This document shows, one piece after another, positions 18,134 through 27,678 of a stretch of 64,000 nt of DNA. The translations under genes and the position numbers were made by a program. The notes beneath the pieces are model-generated. The model was not told the origin of the DNA. It searched no databases and saw only the letters and a program-made list of their open reading frames with translations. Source of the DNA: a bacterium (GTDB lineage: Bacteria; UBA8248); assembly GCA_965207065.1 (NCBI GenBank), contig OZ242260.1:1184001-1248000 (forward strand). Direction: 5' to 3'. Numbering within the stretch: position 1 is the stretch's first letter; each line of letters begins with the position of its first letter.

Positions 18134-18152
18134 TTGCCATTACGAACGCTCC

Positions 18153-18989
18153 TCATCCCCCGCTGCCGGAATTTTCCACCACCCCCACCACCGCCGGTCT
18201 TGCGCAGCGGAAGCCCACCCCGTGGTTCGACTCATAGGGCGCGAAGCCGGTGCGAAAGGCCGAGCGCATCAGAAAGCGGCTGTTGAACCACGCGCCGCCG
18301 CGCAGCACCTTCAGGCTGCCCGAGCCAGGGCCTTTCGGGTTTTTCTCCGGCATGTGCGCGTAGAAATCCCCGCGGTACCAGTCCGCCACCCATTCCATGG
18401 CGTTTCCCGCCATGTCCATCGCGCCGTAGGGGCTCGCGCCCATCGGCCTGCTGCCCACGCTCCAGGTGGCGAACCCCTTGCGGCATGAGGGGATCACGCC
18501 GCCCATGACGGCCCGCGCGCACGTCGCGCGCTCATCCCCCCACGGGTAGATGCGCCCGTCCGCCCCGCGCGCCGCCTTCTCCCATTCCGCCTCGGTGGGC
18601 AGGCGCCGGTTCACCCGCGTGCAGTACTCCTGCGCCTGAAACCAGTTGACGCCCACCACGGGTTGTTCGGGTTCCTCGAACGAGCCCGCATAGCGTTCCG
18701 CAGGCTCAAAGAACTTCCAAAACCGCTGGTTGGTCACCTCGTATTTATCGATGTAGAAGGCTTTGAGGAAAATCCGGCGGCGCGGCGTCTCGTTATCGCC
18801 GAAAATAAAGCCGCCAGGGGCTGAGCCCATCACGAATTCGCCCGCCGGCACGAGCAGAAGGGGCGCGCCGTCCAGGCCGGTGATCTGCCTGGGAAGCCCC
18901 GCGCCTTTCGCTGCGCCCACCCACGCCGTCGTCAGGGCGAGCGCGAGGAGAGAGGCGAGGAGTAATCGATTCCTACGATCTCGAATCAT
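18153..18989 (-). CDS. Formylglycine-generating enzyme (SUMF1/FGE-sulfatase) family protein, secreted
   Basis: FYIDKYEVTN, RLPTEAEWEKAARG, DMAGNAMEW, RGGAW, GFRCA. Confidence 0.92.
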   Translation of the reverse strand: MIRDRRNRLLLASLLALALTTAWVGAAKGAGLPRQITGLDGAPLLLVPAGEFVMGSAPGGFIFGDNETPRRRIFLKAFYIDKYEVTNQRFWKFFEPAERYAGSFEEPEQPVVGVNWFQAQEYCTRVNRRLPTEAEWEKAARGADGRIYPWGDERATCARAVMGGVIPSCRKGFATWSVGSRPMGASPYGAMDMAGNAMEWVADWYRGDFYAHMPEKNPKGPGSGSLKVLRGGAWFNSRFLMRSAFRTGFAPYESNHGVGFRCARPAVVGVVENSGSGG

Positions 18990-19038
18990 CGTGAACGCTC
19001 ATAAGGCGAGAAGTGTTTTCATTATTCTATAGCCCGTC

Positions 19039-19235
19039 GGGACAGGTCGCGACCTGTCCGTACAACAAAACTTTCCTTGGCCATCCTTGAGGGGGGGCGG
19101 TTGAATTACCCCTTCGTAGTGGGAACGTCGCTATTACCCCCCTGTTAAGGGGGGGTAGGGGGGTTGGTTTTCAAGCCGAGGGAGGGCGAGTGAAGCATGA
19201 TTCCCCTCGAGATGCCCGACCCTTCAAGGGGAGGA
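19039..19235. repeat. REP-like palindrome plus CCCCCTG..AAGGGGGG repeat element
   Basis: GGACAGGTCGCGACCTGTCC at 19040-19059; 19137-19190 resembles 23974-24016. Confidence 0.65.
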
Positions 19236-19439
19236 GTAATTTTCAGCAATCCTTCAGCAGGGACAGACCACAACCTGTGAAGGGGCCACGAAGAAGGATC
19301 GCCCCTGCAAAACTCTTTCCCTGCAGGCCGAACGCCACTTTCTTGTTGCAATTCCCCGCCCCGCCTTCTAGGATATTCAGCGTTTGCGCGCACCCGAGCC
19401 ACGAACCCGCCACCCTTCCGACAACGCGAGGACAAAAGC

Positions 19440-21137
19440 GTGAAAACCGCATTCACACTCATCATTGCCATCATCACTTTATACGTCGCACCTGCAGCGC
19501 ATGCCGCGCGCGGGGCCGACGGGCACCTGCGCATCATCTACTGGCAGGCGCCCTCCACCATGAACCCCTACCTCTCGGGCGGCACCAAGGAGATAGAGGC
19601 CGCATCGCTGGTCCTGGAGCCCCTCGCGCGCTACGACCAGAACGGGAACATGAAGCCCTGGCTCGCCGAACGGGTCCCGACGCTGGAAAACGGCGGCGTG
19701 TCGAAGGATTTGCGCACCATCACCTGGAAGCTCAAGGGCGGCCTCAAGTGGGCGGACGGCACGCCGGTAACTTCAAAAGACGTGGTCTTCACCTGGAAAT
19801 ACTGCACGCATCCCCAGGGGGGGTGCTCCCAGAGCGAGAAATACAACGACGTTAAAAACGTGGAAGCCCTGGACGCGCTCACCGTGCGCGTGACCTTCGG
19901 CATCGCGAAACCCTTTCCCTACGGGCCGTTCGTCGGGGCGCAGGCCCCCCTCATCCAGGCGGCGCAGTTCGCCGACTGCCTGGGCGCAAAGGCGCCGCGC
20001 TGCACCGACGCCAACTTCAAGCCCGTGGGCACGGGGCCCTTCTCCGTCGCCGAGTTCCGCCCGAACGACGTCATCTCCTTCGTCGCCAACAGCAACTACC
20101 GCGACCCGGCCAGGCCGGCCTTCGCGCGCGTGACCTTCAAGGGAGGCGGCGACGCGACGGCGGCGGCCCGCTCGGTGCTCGAGACCGGGGAGTTCGACTA
20201 CGCCTGGAACCTGCAACTCGCCCCCGACGTACTCGCGAACATGAAAAAGGCGGGCAAGGGGGTGGTCATCTCCTCGTTCGGCACGCTGGTCGAGCGCATC
20301 GTCGTGAACTTGACGAATCCCGCTTCCAGACTCGGCAAGGAGCGCTCCACCGCGAAGCATCCGCATCCGTTTCTCTCGGACCCGATCGTTCGCAAGGCGC
20401 TCTCGATGGCTATCGACAGAAAGCTGCTCGTCGAGATTGGCTACGGCCCCGCCGGCCGGCCGACGTGCAACATCCTCCCCGCCCCCGCCATCTACAAATC
20501 CACGGCCAACGACGGCTGCCTGAAACAGGATATCCCCGGCGCGAACAAGCTGCTCGATGAGGCGGGCTGGAAGCGAGGATCTGGCGGCGTGCGAATGAAG
20601 AACGGCGTCAAGCTCTCGATTCTCTACCAGACCTCCACCAACGCGGTGCGCCAGGATTTCCAGGCGCTGATAAAACAATGGTGGTCCAAAATCGGGGTCG
20701 AGACCGAGCTTCGCAACATCAGCGCCTCGGTGTTCTTCGGCGGCGACCCGGCGAGCGGCGACACCTTCCAGAAATTCCAGGCCGACGTGCAGATGTACGC
20801 CAACAACTTCGACGGCACGGATCCCGAGTCCTACATGGCGAACTGGGCGTGCAAGGAGGCGCCGCGTCCCGCCACGCAATGGCAGGGCAACAACATGCCG
20901 CGTTACTGCGACAAGGCTTATGACGCCCTCATCGCCAAGATGGCGCGCGCGGGCGCGCTCAAGGAACGGGCCCGCCTCGCCAGGGCCATGAACGACAAGC
21001 TGATGCAGGCCTACGCCCTCATTCCGCTGGTCGACCGCGGCCGCGTATCGGCCCACGCGAAATCGCTGGGCGGCGTGGTTCTGAACACCTGGGATTCGGA
21101 ACTTTGGAACATCGCCGACTGGCGCCGCGTCAAATAG
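19440..21137 (+). CDS. Peptide/nickel ABC transporter substrate-binding protein (family 5)
   Basis: PWLAE..P, ITWKLK.GLKWADGTPVT..DV.FTW, PVGTGPF. Confidence 0.93.
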   Translation: MKTAFTLIIAIITLYVAPAAHAARGADGHLRIIYWQAPSTMNPYLSGGTKEIEAASLVLEPLARYDQNGNMKPWLAERVPTLENGGVSKDLRTITWKLKGGLKWADGTPVTSKDVVFTWKYCTHPQGGCSQSEKYNDVKNVEALDALTVRVTFGIAKPFPYGPFVGAQAPLIQAAQFADCLGAKAPRCTDANFKPVGTGPFSVAEFRPNDVISFVANSNYRDPARPAFARVTFKGGGDATAAARSVLETGEFDYAWNLQLAPDVLANMKKAGKGVVISSFGTLVERIVVNLTNPASRLGKERSTAKHPHPFLSDPIVRKALSMAIDRKLLVEIGYGPAGRPTCNILPAPAIYKSTANDGCLKQDIPGANKLLDEAGWKRGSGGVRMKNGVKLSILYQTSTNAVRQDFQALIKQWWSKIGVETELRNISASVFFGGDPASGDTFQKFQADVQMYANNFDGTDPESYMANWACKEAPRPATQWQGNNMPRYCDKAYDALIAKMARAGALKERARLARAMNDKLMQAYALIPLVDRGRVSAHAKSLGGVVLNTWDSELWNIADWRRVK

Positions 21138-21174
21138 GCCCCCGCGCCGCTTAGGGCCACCGGGGCTTCTGGCG

Positions 21175-22185
21175 ATGGGGACCTACACGCTCAGACGGCT
21201 GCTCTTCGCCGTTCCCACGCTCCTCTTCATCAGCCTCGTCATATTCCTGCTCTTGGATCTGGCCCCCAGCGACCCGACGGCGAACCTCCCCCTCACGATT
21301 CCGCCCGAGGTGCGCCAGAAAATCCGCGAATCCCTGGGGCTGGGCGAGCCCATCCACATCCGCTATCTGCTGTGGTGCAAGCAGTTTTTCATCAACGAGC
21401 CGCTGAACGTGGTCGAAGCCCTGCTCGGCGCGGGCGATTCGGAACGCCTCCGCGTGCTGAGCTGGCAGACGCGCTCCCCGGTCGTGGACTTGATCGTCGA
21501 GCGCCTGCCGCAGACCCTGTGGGTCGTGGGTCTCTCCTACGTCATCGGCGTACTCATCGCGATACCCATCGGCATCATCTCCGCCTACCGGCAATACAGC
21601 TGGTTCGATCAGATCGGCACCTTCGTCTCCACCGTGGGGTTCTCGGTGCCGACTTTTTTCACAGGCGTGCTGCTGATCGTCGTCTTCTCGGTGGGACTCG
21701 GCTGGTTCCCCTCCATCTACGACACCACGCACCGCGTGACGGACTGGAGCAGCTTTCTCGTACAGGCGCGGCAGATGGCCATGCCGGTCTTCGTGCTCGG
21801 CCTCTACAACGCGGCGCAGATAAGCCGGTTCATGCGCTCCTCCATGCTCGAGAACCTGGGCCAGGACTACGTGCGCACCGCCCGGGGCAAGGGCTTTCAC
21901 GAGCGGCGGATCCTGTTCGTCCACGTCCTGCGCAACTCGATGATCCCCGTCGTCACCATCATCGCGCTCGGCGTGCCGCAGGTGTTCGGGGGCGCGATCA
22001 TCACCGAGCAGATATTCAAGGTGAACGGGCTGGGGCAGTTGCTCATCGTCGCCATTCAGGGAGGAGACCTGCCGACCGTACAGACGCTCACCTTCATCTT
22101 CGCGGGGCTGATCGTGGCGTTCAACCTCGTCGCCGACATCCTCTACGGGGTACTGGACCCCACCATCCGCTATGACCAGCGCTAG
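21175..22185 (+). CDS. Peptide ABC transporter permease (DppB/OppB-like)
   Basis: QDYVRTARGKG EAA-type loop; NLVADILYGVLDP. Confidence 0.93.
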   Translation: MGTYTLRRLLFAVPTLLFISLVIFLLLDLAPSDPTANLPLTIPPEVRQKIRESLGLGEPIHIRYLLWCKQFFINEPLNVVEALLGAGDSERLRVLSWQTRSPVVDLIVERLPQTLWVVGLSYVIGVLIAIPIGIISAYRQYSWFDQIGTFVSTVGFSVPTFFTGVLLIVVFSVGLGWFPSIYDTTHRVTDWSSFLVQARQMAMPVFVLGLYNAAQISRFMRSSMLENLGQDYVRTARGKGFHERRILFVHVLRNSMIPVVTIIALGVPQVFGGAIITEQIFKVNGLGQLLIVAIQGGDLPTVQTLTFIFAGLIVAFNLVADILYGVLDPTIRYDQR

Positions 22186-23044
22186 GCGCGGTACATGGGC
22201 GCAGTTCCGCACCCACCGGGGGGCGATGATAGGGGCGGGGATTCTGCTCATCGCCGCGTTCGCCGTGTTGTTCGGCCCCCACCTGTGGAGCATCGACCCG
22301 CACCTCATCGACATCCGCGCGCGCAACCAGGGAATCAGCTTCGCTCACCCGCTCGGGGCCGACCGGCTGGGCCGGGACACACTGGCGCGCATGCTGGCGG
22401 GGGGACGCGTCTCGCTCGCGGTGGCGGGCGCCGCCATGGGCCTGGCCCTCTCCCTGGGGGCGGTCATCGGCGTGGCTTCGGGCTACTTCAGGCGCCTGGA
22501 TGGCCCGCTCATGCGGCTGACGGATCTTTTTCTCGCGCTTCCGCTCCTGCCCCTTCTGCTCGTGATCATCGCGCTGTTCCGCGACGTGCTGCGCGCCGCC
22601 TTCGGTCCCGAGACCGGCATCTTCATACTCATCGCCTCGGTCATCGGCGCTACCTCGTGGATGAAGACCGCCCGCATCGTGCGCGGAGAGGTGCTCGCCT
22701 TGAAAGAGCGCGAATTCGTCCTCGCCTCGGGCGCGCTCGGAGCGCCGGCGGGGCGCCTCATCTTCCGCCACATCCTGCCGGGCGTCATATCGCCCATCAT
22801 GATCTCCGCAGCCCTCGGTGTGGGCGACGCCATCATCACCGAATCCGCGCTCTCCTTCCTGGGCCTTGGCTTTCCGCCGGATTTCCCCACCTGGGGGAGG
22901 CTCCTCTACGATTCGACCGATTACCTCCAGCAATACCCCGGGCGCGTCCTTTGGCCCGGCCTCGCGATTTCGCTCACCGTGCTGAGCATCAACTACGTGG
23001 GCGACGGGCTGCGCGACGCACTCGACCCCCGGACGCGGGGATGA
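22172..23044 (+). CDS. Peptide ABC transporter permease (DppC/OppC-like)
   Basis: HPLGADRLGRD, EFVLASGALGA, GDGLRDALDP. Confidence 0.93.
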   Translation: MTSARRGTWAQFRTHRGAMIGAGILLIAAFAVLFGPHLWSIDPHLIDIRARNQGISFAHPLGADRLGRDTLARMLAGGRVSLAVAGAAMGLALSLGAVIGVASGYFRRLDGPLMRLTDLFLALPLLPLLLVIIALFRDVLRAAFGPETGIFILIASVIGATSWMKTARIVRGEVLALKEREFVLASGALGAPAGRLIFRHILPGVISPIMISAALGVGDAIITESALSFLGLGFPPDFPTWGRLLYDSTDYLQQYPGRVLWPGLAISLTVLSINYVGDGLRDALDPRTRG

Positions 23045-23212
23045 GATCCATCGACTTTCCGCATTCTCTCTCCAGCGGGCCGGGATGCGCTTTCAACCTT
23101 GCGCGAGAGTGTGACCTCTGGCACGATTCGTTTTCGGCGGAACACTCTAAAAACATGACAGCGCGCCGGTCCGGAGACGCTCTCCGGCGGCCCTCGGAAC
23201 AGGAACACCGAT

Positions 23213-23665
23213 ATGGCTGAAAACGAAAACGTCACCTACATCTGCCCCGCGTGCGGGAAAACCGAACTGCCTTTGGACGGAGTGGATGAGCCGAACGAAA
23301 TCCTCTACATCCAGCTCGCGGAGATGGACACCTGCGATGAGGCGCAGATAGCGCACTTCGTGTTCGGAGATTCGTTCACCAGCGGGTTCGGCGGCTTCGT
23401 GCGCGACCTGGACCCGGAAGGCGAGGAGCGCGTGCGGTGGGTTCCCCCGAGGGCGGTGGTGGCCTATCACTTCGCGAGAAACGAGGAGCGCATCGGCCAC
23501 GCGGAGCCCATGAACGACTACTACCCCCAGCCGCTGTACCGCAACCTCTCCAAGGGAGACGGGGTCGAGAACATTTTCGTCGCCATGGCGTTCCTGCCCC
23601 ACAACGAGTCCATGACGCCCGAGATGCGCGCGCAGGGGGAAGCCCTCGCCAAGTCCCTGGGTTAG
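23213..23665 (+). CDS. Hypothetical protein (150 aa) with N-terminal CPAC
   Basis: Clean ORF with host-like codon use; no family recognised. Confidence 0.7.
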   Translation: MAENENVTYICPACGKTELPLDGVDEPNEILYIQLAEMDTCDEAQIAHFVFGDSFTSGFGGFVRDLDPEGEERVRWVPPRAVVAYHFARNEERIGHAEPMNDYYPQPLYRNLSKGDGVENIFVAMAFLPHNESMTPEMRAQGEALAKSLG

Positions 23666-23703
23666 GGATTTTTAGAAAACCACTCCTCGCTCGGAATTCC
23701 ACC

Positions 23704-24058
23704 GTAGGGGTCGCATATATGCGACCCGGCTTTTTTCGCCACCGTTATGTGCCGCATATATGTAGCGCTCCCAAGAAGGGAGCGCTACATACAAAAACAC
23801 GGGGACCACAGACAGGCCAATGGCCTGTCTGTCTGCAATCGGTACGGCTTTCGCCGGAATGACGAACCAGAAATCGCATATACCGTCTTTGGTAGGGACA
23901 GGCCCCTGCGCCTGTCCGAGGTCGCGACCTGCCCCTACGGATTATCCTCCCGCGTCGGGGACATCGCCTTTACCCCCCTGACAAGGGGGGGTTGGTTTTC
24001 CAGTCGAGAGGGGCGACCCCTCTACCCCCTATAAAGAGGAATCTTCCAACAGCCCCGC
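23704..24058. repeat. Cluster of REP-like palindromes
   Basis: GGGTCGCATATATGCGACCC, ATGTAGCGCTCCC...GGGAGCGCTACAT, GTAGGGACAGG...GCCCCTAC (23892-23938), CCCCCTGACAAGGGGGG. Confidence 0.75.
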
Positions 24059-24068
24059 AAGAAAACAG

Positions 24069-24320
24069 CTACCCCTCTCCCAGCAGACGGTTGTATATCC
24101 ACGCCAGAATCGTGAAGAAGAAAAAGCCTATCGCGAACCCCCAGGCCGCGCCGATGATTGCGCCCGGATAGGTGGGGGAAACGCCCGGGTAGAAATCGCC
24201 TATCATCCTCAGCATCTCCCCGCCCACGCCGAACAGCGCGCCCAGCAGCGCGTAGAGGAAAAACATGGCCCCGTAGATGATGCCGGCGGCCAGGCCGAAT
24301 TTCACGGCGTCCAGTTTCAC
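24069..24320 (-). CDS. Small two-TM membrane protein (holin-like/DUF5676-like)
   Basis: KLDAVKFGLAAG...YPG...GAIIGAAWGF...WIYNRL; GGGAG RBS. Confidence 0.7.
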   Translation of the reverse strand: MKLDAVKFGLAAGIIYGAMFFLYALLGALFGVGGEMLRMIGDFYPGVSPTYPGAIIGAAWGFAIGFFFFTILAWIYNRLLGEG

Positions 24321-24480
24321 GTCGAATCTCCCTGATGGCGTGGAAATACGCTCCTACATACGCTATTCAATATAAGCCCCATGAAGTTTCCCGGCAAAAC
24401 CAACAGCGAGCCCCGGAGGGGCCGCACGTATTCATCCCGGATGGGCCTTTTCGCCCGTCCCGAGACAGGAGGTCGATTCG

Positions 24481-24858
24481 ATGAGCGAAGAAACACGCCT
24501 CGAGAGAGGACTGAAAACCCGCGCGAGAATCTTTGGTGACGAAGGTGAAGAGAGGCGTCAGGCATTCGCGGAGGCGAGTCCTGCGTTCGCGCAGTTCGTC
24601 ACCGAAACCGTTTATGGCGATCTGTACGCGCGAGACGGCATCGACGACAAGATGCGCGAAACCGTCATCCTCTCCGTCCTGTGCGCCCTGGGCCGGGACA
24701 GGGAGTTCGGCTACCACGCCAAGGCGGCGCTTCGCATCGGCATGACGAAAGAGGAGATTCAGGAGATCATCATGGTGTGCGCGATCTATGCGGGCGCGCC
24801 CAACGCCGTGGGCGCGACGGACGTGTCGCTGGAAGTGTTCAAGGAGTTCGGCGTCTAG
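24481..24858 (+). CDS. Carboxymuconolactone decarboxylase (CMD) family protein
   Basis: YGDLYAR.GID.K.RE, H.KAALR.G.TKEEI.E, YAGAP. Confidence 0.9.
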   Translation: MSEETRLERGLKTRARIFGDEGEERRQAFAEASPAFAQFVTETVYGDLYARDGIDDKMRETVILSVLCALGRDREFGYHAKAALRIGMTKEEIQEIIMVCAIYAGAPNAVGATDVSLEVFKEFGV

Positions 24859-24864
24859 GCGCCG

Positions 24865-25896
24865 CTAGTCGGGCCCCAGGACGGTTCTGATTTTTTTTGT
24901 GAGTTCGGTGGTGATCAGCCTCGCCGCCTCCTCGAGTGGGGGCCGCATGCGCGCGCCTGCGGCGAAGGCGTGGCCGCCGCCGCCGAACATTTGAGCTACG
25001 TCGTGAATCTCCACGCGGCCCTTCGAACGCAGGCTCACGCGGATGCGCCCGTTTTCGAGTTCGGACATAAAGGCGATGACCTCGACGGACTCTATCGAGC
25101 GGGGAACCGAAATGTATTCTTCCGTCTCGGAGCGCGAGACACCGAAGCGGTCGATTTCCTGTGCGCTCAGGGTGAACCATGCGAGGCGTCCCCCGCAGTC
25201 GAGCGCCATGCGGCTCATCAGCGTGCCCAGCAGCTTCACCGAGCCCGCGCCGTTCGATTCCCAGAAGATCGAGTAGGCCTCACCGGGGCTCGCGCCGAGC
25301 TCCACCAGGCGCGCCGCCCAGTTCAGGGTGCGCTTGGACGTGTTCGTGAAGCGGAACTGGCCCGTGTCGTAGACCAGGGCCGCCATGAGTGCGCGGGTGA
25401 TGAGCAGGTCGTCGAACGCGTAGCCCTCCTCGTCCAGGTAATCCGCGATCATCTCGCCCACCGCGGCGGCTTGCGCGTCGATGACGGAGGGGCAATCGAT
25501 GTTGTCCTCTTCCCGGATGTGGTGATCCACCACGGCCATGGGTAGCCCGCTGGCCATAAGAGGCTCCTCCAGCCTGCCCAGGCGGCTGGCTTTTCCCGTG
25601 TCGAGGATGAGGCACGCATCGAAGCGCTCCGCCCAGTCTTCCTGCGCGAGGATATCCCTTCTCGAGCGCACGAAGCCCTCGGGGTCGAAAGACGCGACGA
25701 AGACGGGAACCTTGTCTTCGGTGACGACGGTGGCGTGTTTGCCGATCGCCTTCAAGTAGCGGCTGAGCGCAAGACTGGCGAGGAGGCCGTCGCCGTCGGG
25801 TCCGATGTGGGTAAGCAGCAGGAAGCGATTGTGTAGTGCGAGGAAATCTCTTAAGGGCTGGAAGCGGCCCGGGCCTGGCGTTTGCTCCGTACTCAT
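24865..25896 (-). CDS. nrnA: DHH/DHHA1 family nanoRNase/pAp phosphatase
   Basis: THIGPDGD, VVDHH, YDTGQF, SLRS, GGGGHAFAAGA. Confidence 0.88.
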   Translation of the reverse strand: MSTEQTPGPGRFQPLRDFLALHNRFLLLTHIGPDGDGLLASLALSRYLKAIGKHATVVTEDKVPVFVASFDPEGFVRSRRDILAQEDWAERFDACLILDTGKASRLGRLEEPLMASGLPMAVVDHHIREEDNIDCPSVIDAQAAAVGEMIADYLDEEGYAFDDLLITRALMAALVYDTGQFRFTNTSKRTLNWAARLVELGASPGEAYSIFWESNGAGSVKLLGTLMSRMALDCGGRLAWFTLSAQEIDRFGVSRSETEEYISVPRSIESVEVIAFMSELENGRIRVSLRSKGRVEIHDVAQMFGGGGHAFAAGARMRPPLEEAARLITTELTKKIRTVLGPD

Positions 25897-25909
25897 GCTC
25901 TCTTGGTTC

Positions 25910-27082
25910 TCATGAGGATGATTCCAGGCTCACGCGGTGGATCTGGCGCAGAACGTAGTCTCTGATCTCCTTTGCAGAAGGCGCATCGTCCGTCCGCTCG
26001 CCGCCGGTCATCACGCCTGCGAGCAGTTGCTCCACCACGCCGCCGCACGACGCGCAATCCCCATAGGGCTTGTCCATCGGTATGACGCGCTCCGCCCCGC
26101 AATCGCGGCAGCGCAGCAGATGCTTCGCGCCCGGATGCTTGCCGCGCTTGGCCACCGCCTCGCCTTCCACCTCGACGATGTCCATCGAAAAATCGATCGT
26201 GGCCGCCGCGCTGACGGACGTGCCTACCCCGTAGCCGCCGTCCACCACGGGGTTCAGTTCGAGGATCTTCTCCTCGCTCAACCCCCCGCTCACGAAGAGC
26301 TTCACATGCGGGAACCCCGCCCGGTCGAGCTCCCAGCGGATCTCCTCGAGAATCTGGTACAGATTTCCCCGTCTCGAGGCCGGCGTATCCACCCGCACGG
26401 CCGAGAGCCTGTCGGTCAGCGCGCGCGCCGCCTCCAGGGTTTCGAACCTCTCATCGGCGAAGGTATCCACCAGCGCGACCCGGCCCACCTCCGGCTCGAT
26501 AACCTCATCGAACGCCTTGGCCGCAGGCACGAGGCCGCCCATGAGAATCACCAGCGCGTGGGGCATCGTTCCCGCCGCCGGTATCTCCAGTAGCTCGGCT
26601 CCCTTCACCAGCGCCACGCCGTCGCAACCGCCCACGTAGGCCGCGCGCTCGACCATCGGCGCGATGGCCGGGTGCATCCGCCGCGCGCCGAAGCTCACGA
26701 GCTGCCTGCCCTCCGCGGCGATGCGGCACCGCGCCGCCTTGGTGGCGACCCCGCTCGCCTGGCACATCAGCCCCAGGATGGGCGTCTCCAGCCTGCAGAA
26801 ATCGTTGTAGGTTCCCGTAATTTCCAGAACGGGCTGGGAAGGCCCGAAAACCGTCCCCTCCGGCACGGCGCGAACGTCCACCGGGAACCCCTCGAGCAGG
26901 CGCAGGATTTCCTCCAGACCCGTGAACACGCCCCAGCCGCTCGAGAGGGACTTGGCCGCGAATTCCGCGCGCACGTTTTTTCTGATGCCTTTGGCTTCGA
27001 GAATCTTGAGGGTCCGCTCGAAATAGACGTCCGTCACCTTGCCCGAACGGATATCGTCGAAATCGGCGGTGAACAGACGCAA
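25910..27082 (-). CDS. pncB: Nicotinate phosphoribosyltransferase with C-terminal Zn-ribbon
   Basis: TDVYF, SFGARRMHP, GTMPH, LVDTF, VRVDT, VSGGL, KRGK.PG; CRDC..CASC. Confidence 0.85.
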   Translation of the reverse strand: MRLFTADFDDIRSGKVTDVYFERTLKILEAKGIRKNVRAEFAAKSLSSGWGVFTGLEEILRLLEGFPVDVRAVPEGTVFGPSQPVLEITGTYNDFCRLETPILGLMCQASGVATKAARCRIAAEGRQLVSFGARRMHPAIAPMVERAAYVGGCDGVALVKGAELLEIPAAGTMPHALVILMGGLVPAAKAFDEVIEPEVGRVALVDTFADERFETLEAARALTDRLSAVRVDTPASRRGNLYQILEEIRWELDRAGFPHVKLFVSGGLSEEKILELNPVVDGGYGVGTSVSAAATIDFSMDIVEVEGEAVAKRGKHPGAKHLLRCRDCGAERVIPMDKPYGDCASCGGVVEQLLAGVMTGGERTDDAPSAKEIRDYVLRQIHRVSLESSS

Positions 27083-27107
27083 AAGAGGATTCCGCCAGGG
27101 AAGCCCG

Positions 27108-27656
27108 CTATTCGGCGGGCGCCGTCTCGGCAGGGGTTTCAGGCCGCGTGTCCGCCTCCTGGTTCCTCAAGCCGAACAGCTTGCCCCAGGGTCTGGGGCC
27201 GGTGTAGTTCACCTCTTTCTCCCAGACGTCGTAGAGGCGTTCTTTCTCATAGACGAGGTCTTCCCGGAAATATCCGGGCGTCTCGTACTGGTGGGTATGG
27301 ACGATGGATTTGGGCGTCGTGGGGCACGCCTCCGAGCAAAGCCCGCAGTACATGCAGCGCATGTAGTCGATATAAAACTCCTTGGCGTACATCTCGCGGC
27401 CCTTGCCCGCCGTGACGATGGTGATGCAGTCGACCGGACAGGCCTTCTCGCAGTTCAGGCAGCCGATGCAGAGTTCTTCGCCCGTCTTGAAATCGCGCGT
27501 GAGTCCCAGGAATCCGCGAAAACGCTCGGGCGGCTCCCAGCGCTCCGTCGGGTATTGAAGCGTGACGGGCTTTTTGAACATGTGCCGCAGGGTGGCGGAC
27601 ATGCCCTTCACGATGTCCCAGAGAAAGAACTTCTGAATCCCCCTGGTGAACTCCAT
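27108..27656 (-). CDS. nuoI: NADH-quinone oxidoreductase subunit I (2x[4Fe-4S])
   Basis: VTLQYP, RFRG, CIGCLNCEKACP, CMYCGLCSEACP. Confidence 0.9.
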   Translation of the reverse strand: MEFTRGIQKFFLWDIVKGMSATLRHMFKKPVTLQYPTERWEPPERFRGFLGLTRDFKTGEELCIGCLNCEKACPVDCITIVTAGKGREMYAKEFYIDYMRCMYCGLCSEACPTTPKSIVHTHQYETPGYFREDLVYEKERLYDVWEKEVNYTGPRPWGKLFGLRNQEADTRPETPAETAPAE

Positions 27657-27678
27657 TTCCCTCTCCTCGCCTTGTGCT

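Noticed and set aside
24481-24858. AhpD-type peroxidase or further selenoprotein
   Set aside because: No CxxC/CxxU motif and no in-frame TGA; it is an ordinary CMD-family protein.
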